The notes under the pieces are model-generated. The model was not told where the DNA came from and did no database searches. It saw only the letters and a program-made list of their open reading frames with translations. Of a stretch of DNA of 64,000 nt, positions 57,403-64,000 are shown in pieces; positions within the stretch are counted from its first letter, which is position 1, and every line of letters starts with the position of its first letter. A program made the translations under genes and the position numbers. Origin of the DNA: an uncultured Gammaproteobacteria bacterium (lineage in GTDB: Bacteria; Patescibacteriota; Patescibacteriia; SG8-24); contig CAZVED010000005.1 of NCBI GenBank assembly GCA_964626205.1, positions 31,603 to 95,602 of the forward strand. Direction: 5' to 3'.

Positions 57403-57822
57403 ATGGAGCTCAATTACGTCACTATTCTTCTCGCCGCAATAGCCCAGTTCATCGTCGGAGCCATCTGGTACACCCCAGTTTTCGGTCCGCTCTGGGGCAA
57501 GATTCACGGGTTCGACATGGTCGCCCCGGAACGGCAGAAGGAGATGATGAAAGAGATGATGCCGATGCTGGGCATCCAGTTCCTACTCGGCCTCCTTACG
57601 GCCGGTGTGCTCGGCATGTTCGTCGCTACGATGCCAGAGGGCTGGCACGCGTTCGGCATCGCTGGCTGGATGTGGCTCGGTTTCATGCTGCCGACCAACG
57701 TGAGCGCTGTTATCTTCGGTGGTACCAAGCCGGAATGGGTGAAGGCGAAGATTCTCGTCTCCGCTGGCGGCTCGCTCGCCTGCATGATGGCTGCGGCAGC
57801 GGTGTTCTTCTTCATGGGGTGA
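57403..57822 (+). CDS. DUF1761-like small membrane protein
   Basis: MELNYVTILLAAIAQFIVGAIWYTPVFGPLWGK... Four hydrophobic helices. The pattern resembles DUF1761 proteins (from memory). Confidence 0.45.
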   Translation: MELNYVTILLAAIAQFIVGAIWYTPVFGPLWGKIHGFDMVAPERQKEMMKEMMPMLGIQFLLGLLTAGVLGMFVATMPEGWHAFGIAGWMWLGFMLPTNVSAVIFGGTKPEWVKAKILVSAGGSLACMMAAAAVFFFMG

Positions 57823-57826
57823 ATCC

Positions 57827-58147
57827 ATGCCTCAGCAGCCCCTCTTCAGCCAGCGCGTCGTGAAGCTCGCGCTCTCCATCCCACCCGGTAAGGTGACGAC
57901 GTATGGCCGCCTCGCGCGCGCCGCAGGCGGCGGCGCCATGGCCTCGCAAAGCATCACCGCAATTCTCTGGAAAGCGGAGCAGCGCGGCGTCACCGGCATC
58001 CCCTACCACCGCATCGTCTACGCCGACGGCAGGGTCTGGATCGACGCCACGCATCGCAAACAACGCCTCGCGCTCTACAAAAAGGAAGGAATCGCCTTGG
58101 ACAAGGACGACTACGTCATCGATTTCAAAAAGAAGTTGGTGGGGTAA
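57827..58147 (+). CDS. alkyltransferase-like (ATL) protein: MGMT/Ogt DNA-binding domain with Tyr in place of the catalytic Cys
   Basis: VVKLALSIPPGKVTTYGRLA...GIPYHRIVYADGRV aligns to the Ogt C-terminal domain, where the motif is PCHRV. Here it reads PYHRIV. Confidence 0.65.
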   Translation: MPQQPLFSQRVVKLALSIPPGKVTTYGRLARAAGGGAMASQSITAILWKAEQRGVTGIPYHRIVYADGRVWIDATHRKQRLALYKKEGIALDKDDYVIDFKKKLVG

Positions 58148-58217
58148 CCTCCGGCTAGACCATACTCTCACCCGATGGTATGGTTTTTTCGTCATCCTTG
58201 CAGAAAAGGAGGAGACG

Positions 58218-58829
58218 ATGTCCTTCAAGAGTTGGTACTACACGCATCTTTCCTGGCGGATCTGGCGACTGCGCTACCGCGTCCGTGGCGTCCGCGACAA
58301 GCTCGACCTCGCCCGACGCATGGGTCTGCGAAGTGCTCTCCGGGGATGGCGGGCGCACCGAGCTGCCTACACCCATGCTCGCGCGCAGTACGGCGACCGC
58401 GCAAAACGCGGCAGGCTCGAAGCCTTCGCGGAGACCGGAACCGAAGGGTTCTGCTGGATGGTCCTCGAGGACGGCAAGACCGGCTACGAAAGCCTCATCG
58501 ACCTCGCGAACGGCGACCATCTCATCATCTTCTTCCATGACGGTACCGTCGCCTTCGATGGTATCATCGACCACGACCGCGAAGCCGGCTACCAGTCCTA
58601 TCCCCTGAACCCTGCATACGGTCAACCCTGCGCGTTCGGCTGTTGGATCCACTGGACCCAACGCGGCTGGACCCCAGAGGACTGGGCCGCGTTCTTCTTC
58701 CACAGTATCTTCACCCGACGCAAAGACAAACCTCCCATCCACCCGCTCCTCGACTGGGGTACTGATCGCGTCCCCTATCGCGCGGTCGTCGTGAAATCCG
58801 ACCGCCCCGAGACGGATGAGGACGACTAA
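58218..58829 (+). CDS. hypothetical protein (203 aa)
   Basis: RBS aaaggaggag before ATG at 58218. Trp/His-rich. No family recognised. The track ORF from 57903 is an extension. Confidence 0.4.
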   Translation: MSFKSWYYTHLSWRIWRLRYRVRGVRDKLDLARRMGLRSALRGWRAHRAAYTHARAQYGDRAKRGRLEAFAETGTEGFCWMVLEDGKTGYESLIDLANGDHLIIFFHDGTVAFDGIIDHDREAGYQSYPLNPAYGQPCAFGCWIHWTQRGWTPEDWAAFFFHSIFTRRKDKPPIHPLLDWGTDRVPYRAVVVKSDRPETDEDD

Positions 58830-58835
58830 CAACGT

Positions 58836-58862
58836 AAAAACCGGCATCTGCCGGTCTTTTTT
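58836..58862. terminator. bidirectional terminator (hypothetical gene + / comF -)
   Basis: aaaaaccggcatctgccggtctttttt. Confidence 0.75.
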
Positions 58863-59674
58863 CATCCCCGCAACACCGTCACGGCCGTCACACGAAGCGC
58901 TCCGGCATCCCGGAGCGCTTTTGCGCATGCCGCGAGCGTCGACCCTGTCGTCATCACATCGTCCACGATGACGCACGACTCCGGCGCCGCGCGCAGGGAC
59001 GTGACCGCGCCACGGACGTTCTCCGACCGCAACACGCTCTCCCCCATCTCTACCTGCGTCTTGCTCGAGTACGCACGCCGGAGCAATGTGCGGTCCACAG
59101 CATGGCCGGTCGCGGCAGCAAGCGTCTCCGCGAACACGTCCGCCTGATTGAACCCACGCATCCGAAGCCTCAATGGATGCAACGGTGACGGCACAATGAC
59201 CGCCTCTGTGTCTCCCAACGTGCGAAGCTCCTCACCACGCCCGGCAAGGAACGCGGCGAACAGGTCCGCAAGCGCCGTCCCAGCCTCCTCGATGCCCTCA
59301 TACTTGTAGGCCTGTAGCAGTTCGCGTAGCAGCGGGTCGTTGTAAGGAGCCATGCAAAGGACACCATCTAGGCCTTCCACGTGAACAAGAAATGGTGTCG
59401 CGTTGCGTTCCAGGCCAGGCCCCTCCGGGGAGGCTAAAGTCGGAGCCGCCTCCCCGGAGGGGCCTGGCCTGGGGCGTAAGGCACCGTCAAGAGATAACGA
59501 AAAGCCTCCGATGGTGGAGGCTTTTTTTATCTCGAGACACGCAGCGCAGAGCAGAGATCCTTCCATGCGGCACCCCAGGCAAAAATGCGGAAATAGCACC
59601 GGACCGGCGGATGCAACCGCCGTCCGTACGATCCTTATTGCCGTGGTTGCCACTCCGCGGAATCCGCCATCCAT
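58862..59674 (-). CDS. comF: ComF family phosphoribosyltransferase-domain protein carrying an in-frame palindromic insertion
   Basis: N-terminal LFPHFCLGCRMEGSLLCAACLEI (ComF zinc finger), LDGVLCMAPYNDPLLRELLQAYKYEG, PRT motif VIVDDVMTTGSTL. The start codon is uncertain and overlaps the upstream gene. Confidence 0.8.
   Translation of the reverse strand: MDGGFRGVATTAIRIVRTAVASAGPVLFPHFCLGCRMEGSLLCAACLEIKKASTIGGFSLSLDGALRPRPGPSGEAAPTLASPEGPGLERNATPFLVHVEGLDGVLCMAPYNDPLLRELLQAYKYEGIEEAGTALADLFAAFLAGRGEELRTLGDTEAVIVPSPLHPLRLRMRGFNQADVFAETLAAATGHAVDRTLLRRAYSSKTQVEMGESVLRSENVRGAVTSLRAAPESCVIVDDVMTTGSTLAACAKALRDAGALRVTAVTVLRG
59410..59472. repeat. perfect inverted repeat (24-bp arms, 15-nt spacer) embedded in frame inside comF
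   Basis: ccaggccaggcccctccggggagg-ctaaagtcggagccg-cctccccggaggggcctggcctgg. Translated as ALRPRPGPSGEAAPTLASPEGPGLER in ComF. Confidence 0.8.
59498..59528. other. terminator-like hairpin (A-run, GCCTCC-gatggt-GGAGGC, T7) located inside the comF reading frame
   Basis: aaaagcctccgatggtggaggcttttttt on the plus strand. The minus strand also has an A7-hairpin-TTTTCGTT. It encodes KKASTIGGFS of ComF. Confidence 0.6.
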
Positions 59675-60267
59675 TCGCCGTTCGTCTTGATGAGTTCGAG
59701 GATGATGTCCTGATAATACACCTCGGCGGCCGTGGTGCCGGACGCATCCTGGCGGCGCTGGGTGCTGACGCGCACCGTAGCAGTCCCCGCATCTTCGTCA
59801 AATGTCACGATGGTCGGAGCAAGCGCGCGGGTCGTGACACCGTAATGGACTGTAGTGTCGCCGGAGGCGGCCCGTGCGTCCGCCACATACTGGTCGGCCC
59901 ACGCCTGCATGGACGGGGTCATGACCGTCCGTAAATCCGTGATGTTCACGAAGTCCGTCTGGTTGGAGAAGCTGCCGAACCGTTCGGTGAATGCCGCCGC
60001 GAAACGCAGGATGGCTGATGTGTCGTCCGGCGGCGCCGTCGGCGCCGTTTCGGTCGGGGCTGGCTGCACCGGAGCCGGAGTCGCTCCGCGATTAGGATCG
60101 TTGGCTTCCGGAAGCCCTGTCGTCGACTGCCCGTTCCCCTGCGCCGTGACATCCACGACCGGAACCGTCGGAGCAGGACGCTGCATCAGGAAGAACAGGG
60201 CGATAGCCAACAAGAGGAGGATGAGCGCGATGGCGATACCAAGAAGGACTTTCTGTCGTCGTGTCAT
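59635..60267 (-). CDS. membrane-anchored protein downstream of VirB4 (possible VirB8/TcpC-like periplasmic domain)
   Basis: N-terminal TM helix (LLGIAIALILLLLAIALFFL), Pro/Thr/Ala-rich linker, C-terminal domain of about 120 aa. Position in the T4SS-like operon. Confidence 0.4.
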   Translation of the reverse strand: MTRRQKVLLGIAIALILLLLAIALFFLMQRPAPTVPVVDVTAQGNGQSTTGLPEANDPNRGATPAPVQPAPTETAPTAPPDDTSAILRFAAAFTERFGSFSNQTDFVNITDLRTVMTPSMQAWADQYVADARAASGDTTVHYGVTTRALAPTIVTFDEDAGTATVRVSTQRRQDASGTTAAEVYYQDIILELIKTNGEWMADSAEWQPRQ

Positions 60268-60276
60268 AGGCGTCGG

Positions 60277-62226
60277 TTATGCGGTAGGTGGTGTTCCGGC
60301 TGGGGCAGCTCCTTTAGCAGCGGCGTTCGCAGCATCCTGCCGTGCGATCTCGGCTTCGTACTCCTTCTTTGCCTCCGCGATCTCGATGAGCTGTTGCGGG
60401 TTCGTGGTGACGATCTGGTCTTCGGTGTAGCTCGCCACGACCTTGATGGCCGCGTGCTTATTGCCAGCGAAGAAGATACCTTCGCCGACACCACCCTCGA
60501 GGAGAAGGAACTTCTCGCCCTCCGTGAGAAGGAACGTCTTGGCGACGTTGTCGATGGCCGCCGGCGACTGCTTGAGCAGCATCTGCATGGCGGAGTTCGT
60601 CACGATGGCCTGGCCGTAGGGCGAACGCAGGAAGTCGTTCACGTCCTGGGTGATCGTCGTGACACCGAGGAAGTACTTACGGCAGCGCTTCACGAGCGCG
60701 AAGATGAACTTCGCCGAGTCCTCGTGCTGCATGAGCCACCATGCCTCGTCGATGACGAGAATGCGCTTCTTCTTCTCCGAACGGACGACGTTCCAGATGT
60801 AGTTGACGACCGCGTAGATGGCGAGTGGGCGAAGTTCGTCTTCCAAGTCACGGACGCAGAACGTGACGAGCAGGTTATTCATCTGCACGGTCGTCGGCGA
60901 GTTGAAGAGACCGGCGAACGTACCTTCCGTGAACTTCTTCAGCTTGATGACGATGTCCTTGGTGCCTTCCATGCCATCGAGCACTTCCACGAAGTCCTGC
61001 ATGACCGGCGCTTCGACCTGCGAAAGATCGGCATCGGCAGTGATGTCCTTCTTGGCGTAGGTTTCAAGCAGCGCACGGTCGAGGACGGAGTCTTCCTGCG
61101 GCGTGACGGTGCCGAGCATGATGCGGAGCAAACCCTTGGTCGTGATGACCGCCGAGCGGATGATGTCTTCGGTGGATACCTCCTCGCCCACCGCGCGCGG
61201 CAGGTCGAACGGGTTGATCTTAGCGTCCGACGCGAGCGAGAGGTTCACGTACGTGCCGCCGACGGCATCCGAGAGGTGCTTGTATTCCTGTTCCGGGTCG
61301 ATGACGATAACGTCGGTCCCCAGCATGAGCGACCGCAAAATCTCGAGCTTCACAGTGTACGACTTACCCGCACCGGAGGTCGCGAACACGATGTAGTTCG
61401 CGTTCTGCATGGAGAAGCGGTCGAAGAGGATGAGGCTGTTGTTGTGGCGGTTGATGCCGAACAAGATGCCGTTCTCGGACGTAAGGTCCGCGGAGATGAA
61501 CGGGAACGACGACGCAATCGGGCTCGAGTTCATGTTGAACGTCGTCATGAGCTCGTCGTTACCGATCGGTAGCGTGGAATTGAAGCCCTGCTCCGCCTGA
61601 TAGAATACGCGCTTCGTGTAGATGAGCTTTGACCCGAAGACGGACTCCACTTCCTCGCTGAACTTATCGAGGTCTTCCTTGGTCTTTGCGTACATCGTGA
61701 CGTACAACGCAAACTGGAAAAAGTGCTCCGTCCCCTGGGAGAGCGTGTCACGCAGCCATTCGATGTCCTGGAGCGCCTGTTCACGGATGGGGTCGCGTGG
61801 CTTTCCGGACTCCGAATCCGAAACGATCTGCGCTTCGAGCGTACCGACCTTCTTCTGCAACTGCTTCAGGATGACATTAGCCTTGACCGGGTAGAAGAAC
61901 ATCGCCACGTCGATGGTCTTGTTCATGTTGATGACCGGCGTGAACCAGCCGAGCGACAGGTGGCGCGGATAGGACACGACGAACACCGTCCGAACGAAGC
62001 TCTCACCGAGCTGCAAGAACGTCGGCTGGATCTGCATCCCTGCGGGCGAGATGAGATCCTTGATGGAGACGACGCCTTTGCGATAGATGCGCTCCTCTTC
62101 GAGCAACGTCTTCTGTTCCGCGAGCTTTGTCTGCTCTTCTGCCTGCTTCTTCCCCTTCCCCGAAAGGTCCTTCGGGTCTTTGGGGACGCTGACCTGTGTG
62201 CCGAGTTGTTGCGGTGTGAACGCCAT
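60277..62226 (-). CDS. virB4: VirB4/TraC/CagE-family T4SS ATPase, C-terminal 650-aa portion (linker + ATPase)
   Basis: LISPAGMQIQP...VRTVFVVSYPRHLSLGWF, Walker A FATSGAGKSYT, Walker B RILVIDEAWWLM. Start MAFTPQQ at 62226; the 703-aa track ORF is over-extended. Confidence 0.88.
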   Translation of the reverse strand: MAFTPQQLGTQVSVPKDPKDLSGKGKKQAEEQTKLAEQKTLLEEERIYRKGVVSIKDLISPAGMQIQPTFLQLGESFVRTVFVVSYPRHLSLGWFTPVINMNKTIDVAMFFYPVKANVILKQLQKKVGTLEAQIVSDSESGKPRDPIREQALQDIEWLRDTLSQGTEHFFQFALYVTMYAKTKEDLDKFSEEVESVFGSKLIYTKRVFYQAEQGFNSTLPIGNDELMTTFNMNSSPIASSFPFISADLTSENGILFGINRHNNSLILFDRFSMQNANYIVFATSGAGKSYTVKLEILRSLMLGTDVIVIDPEQEYKHLSDAVGGTYVNLSLASDAKINPFDLPRAVGEEVSTEDIIRSAVITTKGLLRIMLGTVTPQEDSVLDRALLETYAKKDITADADLSQVEAPVMQDFVEVLDGMEGTKDIVIKLKKFTEGTFAGLFNSPTTVQMNNLLVTFCVRDLEDELRPLAIYAVVNYIWNVVRSEKKKRILVIDEAWWLMQHEDSAKFIFALVKRCRKYFLGVTTITQDVNDFLRSPYGQAIVTNSAMQMLLKQSPAAIDNVAKTFLLTEGEKFLLLEGGVGEGIFFAGNKHAAIKVVASYTEDQIVTTNPQQLIEIAEAKKEYEAEIARQDAANAAAKGAAPAGTPPTA

Positions 62227-62227
62227 A

Positions 62228-62923
62228 CTAGATGCTGTTCTGGTTATCCGACACGCGCAAGTCGCCGACGTCGCGCATCTTCTGCGAGTCGAGGAGTTCC
62301 GGGTTGTACGCGCGATAGTAGAGCTCGATGAGGCTCTGCGTGTCGAGCATGACAGACTTGAGTCCCATGGACTGAAGATTGCCAGCAATGCCGTTCACAC
62401 GCGACAGCAGCTGTTCCTTGCGGTCACGGAAACGCTTCTCCGCGAGCTTCACGATAGCGGCCGGCTGGAACGCCTCGCTCAGACGCGCCCAGAAACCCTT
62501 GGACTTGTCCGACAGCGGATTATACGGCACGACGACGAAGAACTGCTTCTGCATGATCTGTCCGATATCAACGAGTTCCGAGACGAACCCACGATAATCC
62601 GCGATCTGCAGCTTGAGCAGTTCGTTCTTCTGGTTCTTCTGCGCCTCAGCAAGCCGCTCCATATACGCCTCGATGTTGAGACGGCGTGACTGAATGACGA
62701 TCTGCAACGGGAACTCGAGCGAGTTCATGAAGCTGATGTACTGCTGGATAATGGCATTCTGCTCGTCTTCGGACTTGAGCGCAAAATTGATGGATGCCAC
62801 GAGCAAAACCGCGCGAAGCGTGCCGTCTTTCATGACGACGACGTCTTCGCGGACTTCCGCGATGTCGAGATACCGTTGTGTCGCAGGTCCCGGTTTCGGT
62901 CCCGCAAGTTTCTTCGACTGCAT
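62228..62923 (-). CDS. VirB4 N-terminal domain encoded as a separate 231-aa ORF (split gene or frameshift)
   Basis: DIAEVREDVVVMKDGTLRAVLLVASINFALKSEDEQNAIIQQYISFMNSLEFPLQIVIQS matches the N-terminus of Gram-positive VirB4 homologs (PrgJ/TraE type). Stop TAG, 1 nt, then the ATG of the ATPase ORF in the +1 frame. Confidence 0.7.
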   Translation of the reverse strand: MQSKKLAGPKPGPATQRYLDIAEVREDVVVMKDGTLRAVLLVASINFALKSEDEQNAIIQQYISFMNSLEFPLQIVIQSRRLNIEAYMERLAEAQKNQKNELLKLQIADYRGFVSELVDIGQIMQKQFFVVVPYNPLSDKSKGFWARLSEAFQPAAIVKLAEKRFRDRKEQLLSRVNGIAGNLQSMGLKSVMLDTQSLIELYYRAYNPELLDSQKMRDVGDLRVSDNQNSI

Positions 62924-62925
62924 GG

Positions 62926-63357
62926 CTATGCTTCAGGGTTATAGACGCCGCCCGTGTTGACGATCATCGTCAGCTCGGAGAGCTTGGAGGCTTCCACGCG
63001 CGCCTTGAGCTTTCGCGTGGGTGGGGGCGGAGGCGGGGGCTCATTGAGAATCGCCTTGAGCTCCGCGTCGGTAAGGTCCTTGTCCCAAACGCGGCGTGGC
63101 GGCTTCCTCCATGTCTGGATGAGGTTCAGCAGGAAAAAATGGAACGGCTGACCGTTGATCTTCGTGAACGCGAGAATACCGCCGAGCGCGAGCTCGATGA
63201 CGCCGACCGTGATAAACAGCGCGAAATCGAAAAGCTGAAACGCGATAAACATGAACATCGCCGTGACGAGCAGAATGACGAACTGCCGCGTCGTGATAGG
63301 ACCGATGATCTTATCTTCGACGTCGATGAATTGCGGAACAACGTATTTCTGCGCCAT
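62926..63357 (-). CDS. PrgI family (VirB3-like) small membrane protein
   Basis: MAQKYVVPQFIDVEDKIIGPITTRQFVILLV matches the PrgI-family N-terminal signature. Two TM helices, poly-Pro C-terminal part. Its stop is 2 nt before the VirB4 N-domain start. Confidence 0.7.
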   Translation of the reverse strand: MAQKYVVPQFIDVEDKIIGPITTRQFVILLVTAMFMFIAFQLFDFALFITVGVIELALGGILAFTKINGQPFHFFLLNLIQTWRKPPRRVWDKDLTDAELKAILNEPPPPPPPTRKLKARVEASKLSELTMIVNTGGVYNPEA

Positions 63358-63371
63358 ACATCAGTGTTTCC

Positions 63372-63410
63372 AGTATAGCACAGAAATAAGCTCAGCATGC
63401 TGAGCTTATT
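63372..63410 (-). promoter_or_regulatory. TATACT -10-like hexamer plus a perfect 26-bp palindrome AATAAGCTCAGCATGCTGAGCTTATT (operator-like) upstream of the T4SS-like operon
   Basis: The minus strand reads ...aataagctcagcatgctgagcttatt-tctgtgc-TATACT-ggaaacactg-ATG (PrgI-like gene). The palindrome spans 63385-63410. Confidence 0.5.
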
Positions 63411-63484
63411 GCCGTTCAAATCCACCCATCCCAGAAAGGCGGAAAATCTTATCCACAACCGTCCAGGAAACCACGGAGCGAGCT

Positions 63485-63578
63485 GTTTTTTGCGAGGCCT
63501 TTAGGCCGAAGCAATCCCGTGCGATTTCAAGACGGGATTGCTTCGGGGGTCGAGTACGACCCCACTCGCAATGACAAA
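63485..63578. repeat. Structured element E3 of the TGTCATTGCGAG family: a four-way junction closed by TTGCGAG/CTCGCAA and ending in CTCGCAATGACA
   Basis: ttgcgag-[gcctttaggc]-c-[gaagcaatcccgt gcgatttcaag acgggattgcttc]-g-[ggggtcg agta cgacccc]-a-ctcgcaatgaca. Confidence 0.6.
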
Positions 63579-63625
63579 GTCAGAACAGTCGCGCCTACCC
63601 TCCCCACGATGACACGATAGTGCAA

Positions 63626-63988
63626 TTACCCGAAACGCAAGTCCCTATTCAGTTCCATAATCGCGTCGAACTCTTCCTTGGTCAGCACAGGCTGATTGGC
63701 ATTCTGTAACTTCGCGATGACCTGCGGAAGCGGTTCGCCTTCGAGACTCGTGCGAAGCATGGAAAGATACGTCCTGTTGGCTTCCGATGCCTGCCATGCC
63801 TTGATGCCTTCGGTCTTTCGTTCGAACGATTCCTCGGCAAGAAGATCGATCTTGTCCTTGATCTTCAGCGTCGCTTCCTTTGGTGTCTTGGAAAGGCGGC
63901 GGAAATCGACGATGGACATGGACCGCAATGCATCTGTTGGACCGGTGAGTTTCGGTGCAGTGGTGACATCAGAGACTACCGGCTTCAC
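63626..63988 (-). CDS. hypothetical protein (120 aa; the 5-prime end may extend beyond the window)
   Basis: ORF on the strand of the downstream T4SS-like genes. No family recognised. Confidence 0.3.
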   Translation of the reverse strand: MKPVVSDVTTAPKLTGPTDALRSMSIVDFRRLSKTPKEATLKIKDKIDLLAEESFERKTEGIKAWQASEANRTYLSMLRTSLEGEPLPQVIAKLQNANQPVLTKEEFDAIMELNRDLRFG

Positions 63989-64000
63989 CGGAGCTGGTGG

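Noticed and set aside
60394-61572. 392-aa plus-strand ORF inside virB4
   Set aside because: Antisense to the VirB4 ATPase, whose Walker motifs are on the minus strand. GC artefact.

Overview
High-GC (roughly 60-65 %) bacterial chromosomal window with tightly packed, often 4-nt-overlapping genes, many GC-rich rho-independent terminators and a few AT-rich promoter islands. The gene content is that of a reduced genome (ThrRS lacking its TGS domain, GatB without GatA/C nearby, Gram-positive-type VirB3/VirB4 parts, TrbC/VirB2-like pilins, ComF), which fits a CPR/Patescibacteria-like organism, but this cannot be proven from sequence alone.

Core genes recognised, in order:
- rodA/ftsW (partial), gyrB, secE, nusG, rplK, rplA
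- dcd, a pilin-like gene, dut, gmk, thyX, tmk, gatB, miaA, thrS
- NfeD-like and flotillin-like genes, dnaE, an HslV-like protease, pheT, pheS, rseP, murI, a PGM/PMM, lemA, htpX, clpC-like, radA
- an orphan histidine kinase, recG, and three tRNAs (Arg-GCG, Ser-GCU, Ser-UGA)

Accessory and unusual content:
1. A nearly identical 59-bp palindromic element occurs as an inverted pair 8 kb apart. It brackets an ALDH7-type dehydrogenase, a C39-like peptidase, rplK-rplA and a nucleotide-salvage block.
2. A family of three MITE/BOX-like structured elements shares the terminal inverted repeat TGTCATTGCGAG / CTCGCAATGACA. One forms a four-way junction and one sits in the pheS-pheT spacer.
3. A perfect 24-bp-arm palindrome plus a terminator-like hairpin lie in frame inside comF.
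4. A Gram-positive-type T4SS fragment (PrgI/VirB3-like, VirB4 split into two ORFs, membrane protein, ComF) sits behind a perfect 26-bp palindromic operator.
5. A second envelope module encodes a TolB-like propeller, a DsbA-like oxidoreductase and a VirB2-like pilin fused to a Cys-rich M15 peptidase.
6. A VirB2-like pilin gene is translationally coupled between dcd and dut.
7. A low-GC islet next to the tandem tRNA-Ser genes carries a RibD_C/DHFR-family gene and an alkyltransferase-like protein whose catalytic Cys is replaced by Tyr.

Many long ORFs antisense to real genes are GC artefacts. No CRISPR array, rRNA, integrase or transposase was seen.
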